From positions 1-43,158 of the forward strand of contig JBLMXM010000139.1 in NCBI GenBank assembly GCA_050257775.1: DNA of 43,158 nt, given 5' to 3'. This DNA is from Hyphomicrobiales bacterium. Its GTDB lineage: Bacteria; Desulfobacterota; Desulfobacteria; Desulfobacterales; SpSt-501. Shown here one piece after another: positions 17,532 to 24,851 of this stretch (positions are counted from its first letter, which is position 1; every line of letters starts with the position of its first letter). The notes under the pieces are model-generated. The model saw nothing but the letters and a program-made list of their open reading frames with translations, searched no databases and had not been told where the DNA came from. The position numbers and the translations under genes were made by a program.

Positions 17532-17569
17532 TGCCAGGGTTTCACGGGTGAGGCCATAAGGAGTCTTAC

Positions 17570-18850
17570 GTGTCGAGCGCTCAACATAACAAACGAAAAA
17601 TCGAAATATACCGGTTCGACCCCACGCAGGGCGGCGAGGGCCATTTCGACCGGTTCGAACTGCCGATCCAGGACGAGACCTGCACCACCATCCTGGATGT
17701 CCTGCTCCGGCTTCAAAAGGAACAGGACCCGAGCTTGTCGTTCCGCTATGCCTGCCGGGTCAACATGTGCGGCTCGTGCGGCATGGTGATCAACGGCCGG
17801 GAGGGACTGGCCTGCAAAACCAACGTGTCCGACTTTCCCGGGGGCCAGACCATCACCCTGCGGCCGCTCAACCATTTCCCGGTGGTCAAGGACCTGGTGG
17901 TGGACATGGGCCCCTTCTTCCAGAGCTACGAATCGTGCCTGCCCTTTTTTGACCCCCGGGAAATCCAACCGGAGCCGGCTATCATACGACCCGATTCCGC
18001 GGAGCGGCAGGCCATCGGCCTCGCTACCGAATGCATCGCCTGCGGCTGCTGCGTTTCCAGCTGCACCATGGTCAATTACCATCCCGGCTACGCCGGACCG
18101 GCGCCGTTGAACCGCGCCTTCACCCTGCTGATGGACAGCCGCGACGGTCTCTATGAGCAGCGCCTGGAGCGGGTGCTGGACTCCTGCTACCACTGCCGCA
18201 CCGAATTCAACTGCACCGAGGTCTGTCCCAAGGAAATCAGCTGCACCAGGGCCATCAAGCACATCCAGCGGCTGGCGATGAAAGGCCCCTTCCGGAGCAA
18301 GGAGGCGGAACCGGCGCCGGGCACGATGCCGCCGGCCGAGCCTGCGTCCGCTGCCGCCGAGGCGGCCTGTGCCGCAGACGACCCCGCCATGAGCCGCCGG
18401 CGTTTTCTCACCCGGCTGACCGCCGGCATCGGCGCCGCGTCCACCCTGCTCGTAGGAGGTGTGCTGGCTTCGACCTTCGCAGGCCCGGGCCTGCGCCGCA
18501 CTCCCCCTCAGTGGATACGGGCCGGAGGCGTGGACGCCTTCCCGGCAGGAGAGGTGTCCACGGTTCGATTGACCTACGCCGAAACCAACGGTTTTTATGT
18601 ACAGGAGATGGCCAGGCCCATCATGGTGTGGCGCCAACCCCAGACGCATGAGTTCGTGGTCTACAGCTCCGCGTGCACGCACTTGGGCTGCACTGTCCGC
18701 TGGGACGCGAATCAGAAGCTGTTCCTGTGTGCCTGTCATGGCGGGGCATTCAACCTGGACGGCAGCGTCAAGTCCGGTCCACCGCCGCGGCCACTGGACC
18801 GCTTGGCGCTTCGGATCGACAGTGGGAACCTCCTGGTCAAGATGGTGTGA
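17570..18850 (+). CDS. Fusion protein: SdhB/FrdB-type iron-sulfur subunit + Pro/Ala linker + TM helix with twin-arginine motif + Rieske [2Fe-2S] domain
   Basis: GTG start with AAGGAG RBS. N-terminal part has CRVNMCGSCGMVINGREGLAC, CIACGCCVSSC and CYHCRTEFNCTEVCP. Then linker SKEAEPAPGTMPPAEPASAAAEAACAADDPA and MSRRRFLTRLTAGIGAASTLLVGGVLAS. Rieske boxes are CTHLGC (18674-18691) and CACHGG (18728-18745). One uninterrupted frame of 426 aa. Confidence 0.85.
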   Translation: MSSAQHNKRKIEIYRFDPTQGGEGHFDRFELPIQDETCTTILDVLLRLQKEQDPSLSFRYACRVNMCGSCGMVINGREGLACKTNVSDFPGGQTITLRPLNHFPVVKDLVVDMGPFFQSYESCLPFFDPREIQPEPAIIRPDSAERQAIGLATECIACGCCVSSCTMVNYHPGYAGPAPLNRAFTLLMDSRDGLYEQRLERVLDSCYHCRTEFNCTEVCPKEISCTRAIKHIQRLAMKGPFRSKEAEPAPGTMPPAEPASAAAEAACAADDPAMSRRRFLTRLTAGIGAASTLLVGGVLASTFAGPGLRRTPPQWIRAGGVDAFPAGEVSTVRLTYAETNGFYVQEMARPIMVWRQPQTHEFVVYSSACTHLGCTVRWDANQKLFLCACHGGAFNLDGSVKSGPPPRPLDRLALRIDSGNLLVKMV

Positions 18851-18851
18851 C

Positions 18852-20279
18852 ATGCCGAAGATGAAGGAAACCATCAGGCATCGCATCGGATGGGAAACCC
18901 ACCTGGAACCCTTTCTGTACAAGAAGCTGCCCGCAAGCCTGGGGTGGTCCGCCACTCTCGGCAGCCTGTGCGCCCTGCTCTTTACCCTGATGGCCGTGAG
19001 CGGAATGTTTTTGGCGATGTATTACAGCCCGTCGCCCGACCGCGCCTACCAGTCCATCGACTACATCATGACCCAACTTCCGTTGGGGCCCATCCTGCGC
19101 GGAATTCATCACTGGGGCGCGGCGGCCATGGTGCTGGCCGTCGTTGCACATTTGGCCACGGTCTTTTTTGCCGGGTCCTTCAAGACCCCGCGCGAGTTGA
19201 CCTGGGTGCTGGGGGTCGGCTTGCTTTTGGCGACTCTCGGGCTCGGTTTCACCGGCTACCTGCTGCCCTGGGACCAGAAAGCCTACTGGGCCACGGTCGT
19301 CAGCGCCAACATCCCCAGGGACATGCCCCTGGTCGGCACAACGTTGACCCGGCTGGTGCTAGGGGGTGACTCGGTGTCGGGGCTCACTCTCACCCGTTTC
19401 TACGCGATCCACATGCTCGTCTTGCCGGCCCTGGCGGCCTTGATGATGGCCGCCCACATCTACCTGGTCCGGCTGCACGGCGTCTCCGAGCGCGGCCCGG
19501 AACCGGATGGGATGCCTCAAACCCCTCAACCGGAATCCCCGCCGCTCTACCGATTTTTCCCGGAGCACACGGCTCGAAGCTTGATGGTGTTTGCGGGGGT
19601 CCTTGCCCTCATCTTGGCTCTGTCGGTGTTCGCGCGCATCCCCAAGGAAGACATCGCCGGAACGGTGGATGAATCTTACCTGCCCCGTCCGGAGTGGTAT
19701 TTCATGTGGCTCTTCCAGTTGCTGACCTATTTCCCGGGCTCCTCCGAGGTGATCGGCAGCCTGGTGCTGCCCCTGGTTGGAGTGCTTTTGCTTTTCTTCC
19801 TGCCCCTTCTGGATCGATCCAAATTCAGGGGGCCCGCCGATCGGCCCCTGGCAACCGCCGCGGGGGTCACCGGGATCGTCTGCATCGTCTATCTCACGGT
19901 GACCGGTTTCGGCGGAGCCCTGCCCTATGGCCGCTACCTCCGGATGCCTGATCGGCCGCTGACCTTTAGTGAAGAAATGGGAATGCAGGCCTATGTCAAG
20001 CACGATTGCGCCTACTGCCACAACATCCAGGGTCAGGGCGGCCGGCGGGTCGGCCCGGACCTGGCCAATATAAAAGCCAAGGGTCGCACGGTCGCGGAAT
20101 TGGTTGCCTTTATCAAGAATCCACAGTCGAAAAGCACGTGGTCCATCATGCCCAAGTACGATCTAACTGAGGCGGAATTGCGAGCCCTGGCGGATTTCGT
20201 GCTTTGCCTCGACTTCGATCGTCACAACGCAAAAACCATCACCAAAGAGGAAATCCTCAAGGGTGTCGTCACGAAATAG
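18852..20279 (+). CDS. Cytochrome b (b6 + subunit-IV-like in one chain) fused to a C-terminal monoheme cytochrome c domain
   Basis: Start at the ATG at 18852, 1 nt after the Rieske-fusion stop. Heme-b His pairs in RGIHHWGAAAMVLAVVAHL and RFYAIHMLVLPALAALMMAAHIYL. Qo motif PEWY (19689-19700). C-terminal CAYCH (20007-20021) with downstream MPKY. Confidence 0.88.
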   Translation: MPKMKETIRHRIGWETHLEPFLYKKLPASLGWSATLGSLCALLFTLMAVSGMFLAMYYSPSPDRAYQSIDYIMTQLPLGPILRGIHHWGAAAMVLAVVAHLATVFFAGSFKTPRELTWVLGVGLLLATLGLGFTGYLLPWDQKAYWATVVSANIPRDMPLVGTTLTRLVLGGDSVSGLTLTRFYAIHMLVLPALAALMMAAHIYLVRLHGVSERGPEPDGMPQTPQPESPPLYRFFPEHTARSLMVFAGVLALILALSVFARIPKEDIAGTVDESYLPRPEWYFMWLFQLLTYFPGSSEVIGSLVLPLVGVLLLFFLPLLDRSKFRGPADRPLATAAGVTGIVCIVYLTVTGFGGALPYGRYLRMPDRPLTFSEEMGMQAYVKHDCAYCHNIQGQGGRRVGPDLANIKAKGRTVAELVAFIKNPQSKSTWSIMPKYDLTEAELRALADFVLCLDFDRHNAKTITKEEILKGVVTK

Positions 20280-20378
20280 AGTGGCCAAACGACGCGAGGC
20301 CGTTTAAGATCGAAACATCATTAATGGGCTGGATCGGAGCCGGTTGGCACGCTACATTGGCTTCAGGGGGTTAGGCGC

Positions 20379-22532
20379 ATGCAGCATTTCGATTTGGGTG
20401 GGGCTCGGATCGAACCGCCGGAACCTGTCGTGGCCGGATGCTACACCACCCTGACGTTTACTTACACTGCCGGTCATCCCATCGACGACACCGGCTTTGT
20501 GAAGCTTGCGTTTCGGTTTGCCAGCGATTTCGGAACCCCTCAATTCGACTCCCCGCAGCTCCCTAACTACTGCAGCGTAGCCACCACGGGAGACTGCCGG
20601 ATCGAATACCGGTGGGACCCCAAGGGCCACACTCGGCCCTGGGGACGATCCCTGTTCCTGAAGGTCATGGGCGGGTTCCTCGATCGGGGGCAGACGATCA
20701 CCGTCGTCTTCGGGGACAGGTCCGCCGGATCGCCGGGATGGCAGATGCAGACCTTTTGCGAGGAGAGCTTCGAATTCAAGACCCTCGTGGATCCCATTGC
20801 CACCTATGAGTTCAAAGAGCTCCCGCAATCCCCCACCCTTCGCATCGTGGCCGGCCGGCCTGCGCGAGCGGTTTGCATCGCACCCTCTGAGGTCCTACTC
20901 GGCGAGGGCTTCACCTACCATCTCAAACTCGAAGACCGCTGGGGGAATCCCACCGCGCTCCCGGTCCCATTGAATCACCCGGGGCTCAACCGCGCAGGGT
21001 TCTCGCGCCTCACCGCCACCGACGAGACCACCGGCCTGTCGGCTGCCAGCAACCCGGTCCTCGTCTCGGATGGCGCAGTTCGCCTGCGACGTTGCTGGGC
21101 TGATCTGCACGGGCAGTCGGAGGAAACCATCGGCACCAACTCCATCGAGGATTACTTCAGATTTGCCCGTGACTATGCCCGCGTGGACGCTTGCGGGCAC
21201 CAAGGCAACGACTTTCAAGTCACGGACGACTTCTGGAAAACCATCGACAAGACCACCCGGAAATATTACAAACCGAATCGATTCGTCACGTTTCCCGGCT
21301 ATGAATGGAGCGGAAACACTCCGTTGGGCGGCGACCGCAATGTCTATTTCACATCCGAGGGAGGCCGCATCACCCGCAGCTGCACCGATCTCCTGCCGGG
21401 AAAAACTTCGATCTACAGGGATTCCCCCACGGCCGTCCGGCTCTTTGAGAACCTCAATCGCAGCAAAGGCCCCCAACCTTTTGTATTCGCCCACGTGGGC
21501 GGGCGATACGCGGACATGCGGATTCATGATCCGGAGGTGGAGATCGCCGTCGAGGTGCATTCGGCCTGGGGCACCTTCGAATGGCTCGTGGATGACGCGC
21601 TTTCGCGAGGATACCGCATCGGCATCTGCGCCAACTCCGACGATCACAAGGGCCGCCCGGGTGCATCCTATCCGGGGGCCGGGAGGTTCGGCTCCCTGGG
21701 CGGCCTGACCTGCATCCTGACGCGCCGGCTCGATCGCCAGCATCTCTACGACGCGCTCAGGTCCCGTCATTTTTACGCGACAACCGGCAACCGCAGCCTC
21801 GTGGACGTCAGAGTGATCATGGCCGACAACCGCCAGGCCATGATGGGAGATATCGTGGAGGCTGGATCAGGAACTCCGGTGCTGCACGTCGACGTCGCGG
21901 GCACCGCGCCGGTGGAGCGGGTTATCATCCGCAATGGTCTGAAGACGGTGCAGGTGCTGCGCCCTTATAGCCGGGAGGATCTCGGCCGGCGCATCAAGAT
22001 CCTCTGGAGCGGCGCCGAGGTCCGCGGCCGCGCCCGAATGACTTCCTGGGACGGGCATCTCCAGGTAACCGGCAATCGCATCCTGGATGCAGTGCCCATC
22101 AATTTCTGGAACGCCAACCGTCCCATTGTAAAGACCGGCGAAAATCGCCTGGCGTGGACATCGGTCACGACCGGCGGAGTCGCCGGCATGATCCTCACGC
22201 TGGAAAGCCCCCGGGAAGGTTCGATAAGCCTGAAGACGGCCCAACGATCGGTCCGCCTGGCCGTCAGATCGGCAGGGCTGGATCCCCGGACTTGGGCCTG
22301 CGGCGGTCTTTGTAAGAAAATCGAAATATGTCGATTACCCGATCAGCCTCCGCCGCAGGAATTCTCTTTTTCAATCCCGCTGCCCGGCCTGGCGCGGGGA
22401 GACAACCCCGTTTTCATCTGCATGGTCCAGGAAGACGGGCACATGGCCTGGACCAGCCCGGTTTATCTCGTAAAGGGCGGGCTCAAAGCGTCAAGCAGTG
22501 ACCGGAAAAAACGCCCCCGTTTTCCGTTTTGA
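20379..22532 (+). CDS. Large hypothetical protein with PHP/DUF3604-like metal-dependent hydrolase core
   Basis: 717 aa with no signal peptide. After a roughly 230-aa N-terminal beta-rich region come PHP-like motifs: WADLHGQSEE, ACGHQGNDF, PGYEWSG, HVGGRY, EVHSAWGTFEW, ICANSDDHKGRPG and LYDALRSRHFYATTGNR. The family call is made from motif memory only. Confidence 0.6.
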   Translation: MQHFDLGGARIEPPEPVVAGCYTTLTFTYTAGHPIDDTGFVKLAFRFASDFGTPQFDSPQLPNYCSVATTGDCRIEYRWDPKGHTRPWGRSLFLKVMGGFLDRGQTITVVFGDRSAGSPGWQMQTFCEESFEFKTLVDPIATYEFKELPQSPTLRIVAGRPARAVCIAPSEVLLGEGFTYHLKLEDRWGNPTALPVPLNHPGLNRAGFSRLTATDETTGLSAASNPVLVSDGAVRLRRCWADLHGQSEETIGTNSIEDYFRFARDYARVDACGHQGNDFQVTDDFWKTIDKTTRKYYKPNRFVTFPGYEWSGNTPLGGDRNVYFTSEGGRITRSCTDLLPGKTSIYRDSPTAVRLFENLNRSKGPQPFVFAHVGGRYADMRIHDPEVEIAVEVHSAWGTFEWLVDDALSRGYRIGICANSDDHKGRPGASYPGAGRFGSLGGLTCILTRRLDRQHLYDALRSRHFYATTGNRSLVDVRVIMADNRQAMMGDIVEAGSGTPVLHVDVAGTAPVERVIIRNGLKTVQVLRPYSREDLGRRIKILWSGAEVRGRARMTSWDGHLQVTGNRILDAVPINFWNANRPIVKTGENRLAWTSVTTGGVAGMILTLESPREGSISLKTAQRSVRLAVRSAGLDPRTWACGGLCKKIEICRLPDQPPPQEFSFSIPLPGLARGDNPVFICMVQEDGHMAWTSPVYLVKGGLKASSSDRKKRPRFPF

Positions 22533-22596
22533 TTATTCTGTTGCGCCGTGGGGGGCGTGGCTCGGACATCCAACGTCAAAGGAGGCTGAGTTCGCC

Positions 22597-23478
22597 ATGT
22601 CGAGTTTCAACTACGGGATCATCGAGGACGCGGCAAAGGAATTGTACATCCGGGCGCTTTGCGATCTTCCACCGGACGTCCGCGACGCGCTGAAGAAGGC
22701 CTACGCAAGAGAAACCAAGGCCGCCGCTAAAGAGGCTTTCAAAGCGATGCTGAAGGCGGTTGACATCGCCGACCGTCAGAAGACCCTGGTGTGCCAGGAC
22801 ACCGGCCTGCCCATTTACATGGTCAAGCTCGGAACCCGCTTTCACTGGGACGGCGCCGAAATACAGGAGCGGCTCAGCGTCGGGGCCCGGCGCGCAACCC
22901 AGGAGTTCCCCTTCCGCGGGAGCTCCACCCATCCCATCCACCGGGTGAACCCCCAGACCTCGGTGGGCAAGAATCTACCGGTAGTGTATGTCGACTTCAT
23001 CAAGGGCGCGGAGTACCTGGATATCCTCATGGTGCCGAAAGGCTCCGGGTCGGAAAACATGAGCGCCATGAAAATGTTCATACCGGCGGATGGTGTAAAG
23101 GCGATCAAGAAGTTCATCATCGACACCTTCATCGCCTCGGGGGCCAACCCGTGTCCTCCGGGCGTCATCGGCGTGGGGATCGGCGGAACGGCCGACCTGG
23201 TGATGCGGCTGGCCAAGGAGGCCATCGCACGGCCGATCGGCCGGCGCAACGAGGATCCGGACATCGCCCGGTTGGAAACCGAGCTCGAGGAGGCCATCAA
23301 CGCGACCGGAATCGGCGCCATGGGGCTCGGCGGGGATGTCTCCACCCTCGGAGTGCACATCGAGATGGCCTATACCCACATCACGCAGAACCCTGTCGCC
23401 GTGAACACCCAGTGCTGGCCGGCTCGGCGGGCGCGGGCCCGGATCTTCCCGGACGAACGCATCGAATATGGCTATTAG
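22597..23478 (+). CDS. Fe-S hydro-lyase, tartrate/fumarate subfamily, alpha subunit (class I fumarase-type)
   Basis: Start at the ATG at 22597 with AAAGGAGG RBS. LVCQDTGLPIY (CQDTG motif). 293 aa. Confidence 0.88.
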   Translation: MSSFNYGIIEDAAKELYIRALCDLPPDVRDALKKAYARETKAAAKEAFKAMLKAVDIADRQKTLVCQDTGLPIYMVKLGTRFHWDGAEIQERLSVGARRATQEFPFRGSSTHPIHRVNPQTSVGKNLPVVYVDFIKGAEYLDILMVPKGSGSENMSAMKMFIPADGVKAIKKFIIDTFIASGANPCPPGVIGVGIGGTADLVMRLAKEAIARPIGRRNEDPDIARLETELEEAINATGIGAMGLGGDVSTLGVHIEMAYTHITQNPVAVNTQCWPARRARARIFPDERIEYGY

Positions 23479-23496
23479 AAGCCATAAAAGATTATA

Positions 23497-23719
23497 ATGG
23501 CACGCCGTAGCCCGGATGAACGATTGAGGCAGCGGCTGACGGTCTGAGCCGCTTACGGGCGCTTGGACCGGACCCGATAACAAAGCTACATCAGAGCCCA
23601 ACCAACCGCGCTAACCTCCATCCGTTTATCCGGAGACTGGCCTGGTCCGGTCCTAGAGCCCGTTGGCGGCGAGTTTCAGCCGCGTACGAAACCGCTTATC
23701 CGGGTGGAGGCGCCTACCT
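23497..23719 (+). repeat. Structured intergenic repeat element, copy A (223 nt; candidate ncRNA or MITE-like element)
   Basis: Aligns end to end with 32781-33003 (+) and with the reverse complement of 38765-38989. The 20-mer GGCGGCGAGTTTCAGCCGCG is identical in all three copies. Shared hairpin AGCGGCT-N9-AGCCGCT and long-range stems (details in findings). No conserved ORF. Confidence 0.85.
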
Positions 23720-23767
23720 TATATTGGTGTTAGCGCGAGCGAGCTTGACAGGAAGGAGCATTGAGCT

Positions 23768-24358
23768 ATGGGGCAGCATCATCTTCAAACACCGTTCTCG
23801 GAAGAGGTTATCCGGAAGCTCAGGGTCGGCGACATCGTCTATTTTGACGGAACCCTTTTTGGAATCCGGGACCTCACCCAGATTTACATGTTCGATCAGA
23901 ACCACGAACCGCCGGTAAGCCTTGCCGGGATGCCCTGCATCCACACCGCCCCCAGTTTGAGGAAAGTCGGCGACCGATGGGAGCCGATCTGCGTGGGAAC
24001 GACCACCAGCGGCCGCATGGATCGGTTCACACCGGCCCTGATCGAACGGTATGGTGTTCGGGCGGTGATCGGCAAAGGCGGGCTGTATGAGGGAAGCCTC
24101 AAGGCCATGCAGAAATGTGGAGCGGTGTATCTCGCCATCGTGGGCGGAGCCGCATCCCTGGAGACCCAGCAGATCGTCGGGGTGGAAGCGGTCTACTGGG
24201 AACACCTGCATCCCGAGGCGCTTTATCAGTTCCGCGTGAAGGACTTCGGCCCGCTCACGGTGGCTATGGACTCGCATGGCGGCCATCTCTACCAGGACAT
24301 TAAGGCGGAGGCTCAGCGAAGACTCACCGAAATTTACAAACGCCTGGGCGTCGAGTGA
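23768..24358 (+). CDS. Fe-S hydro-lyase, tartrate/fumarate subfamily, beta subunit (class I fumarase-type)
   Basis: 196 aa. LRVGDIVYFDGTLFGIRD and RAVIGKGGL motifs typical of the C-terminal/beta subunit. GGAAGGAG RBS. Confidence 0.88.
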   Translation: MGQHHLQTPFSEEVIRKLRVGDIVYFDGTLFGIRDLTQIYMFDQNHEPPVSLAGMPCIHTAPSLRKVGDRWEPICVGTTTSGRMDRFTPALIERYGVRAVIGKGGLYEGSLKAMQKCGAVYLAIVGGAASLETQQIVGVEAVYWEHLHPEALYQFRVKDFGPLTVAMDSHGGHLYQDIKAEAQRRLTEIYKRLGVE

Positions 24359-24374
24359 CGGGGGGATATAACCG

Positions 24375-24842
24375 ATGGAAAAAACGCAGAGCCATTATGA
24401 CCGCATCGCAGGGGTGTTCTTCTTCGGTGTGGGAGCATTTTTTGCCCTGTATGCCACCACCATCGAGATAGGGGCCTGGAACGAACCCGGCCCGGGATTC
24501 TTGCCGTTCTGGGGCGGGATTACCCTGGTGACGATGTCGGCAGCCTTGCTGGCCAGAACATGGAAGCGCAAAGGTATTGCCCTCCCCCCTTTTTTCCCTG
24601 AACGTGACTCCTGGAAAAGGGTTGCGGCCACCTTCGCAGCCCTGATCGCGTACAACCTGGTTTTCGATGCTCTCGGCTTTACGGTGACGACCTTCTTGTT
24701 TATCGGCGTCCTGGTTAAATTTATCTTCCCGCAAAGCTGGCTCAGGAGTTTCGTTGTCGCGGCGGCGGCAGCACTCATTGCCAGGCTCCTGTTTGTCAAC
24801 TTCCTGCAGACGCAATTGCCGCAAGGCTTCCTGGGGATATAG
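24375..24842 (+). CDS. tctB: Tripartite tricarboxylate transporter, small membrane subunit TctB
   Basis: 155 aa with 4 hydrophobic helices. Directly precedes TctA/TctC homologs. Confidence 0.8.
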   Translation: MEKTQSHYDRIAGVFFFGVGAFFALYATTIEIGAWNEPGPGFLPFWGGITLVTMSAALLARTWKRKGIALPPFFPERDSWKRVAATFAALIAYNLVFDALGFTVTTFLFIGVLVKFIFPQSWLRSFVVAAAAALIARLLFVNFLQTQLPQGFLGI

Positions 24843-24851
24843 GTGGGCCAC

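Noticed and set aside
20345-20361. Sigma-54-like TGGCACGCTACATTGGC upstream of the PHP-like gene.
   Set aside because: The TTG/GC element is displaced by one nucleotide relative to the strict GG-N10-GC spacing, and the -12 region reads TTGGC. It is too weak to call without mapping data.
23627-23642. B12-box-like string TATCCGGAGACTGGCC inside repeat copy A. It resembles the cobalamin-riboswitch core YCMGGAGACCKGCC, and a B12 enzyme is encoded nearby.
   Set aside because: The other conserved cobalamin-riboswitch elements are absent. Copy B does not keep the string (CTCGGAGACGGATCC). The elements also sit between genes unrelated to B12 supply, so this is probably chance similarity.
23701-23716. 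T-box-like GGGTGGAGGCGCC at the 3' end of repeat copy A.
   Set aside because: It is not conserved in copy B (CCGGGCTGCGACGCC). There is no specifier-loop or terminator/antiterminator arrangement, and no aminoacyl-tRNA-related gene lies downstream.
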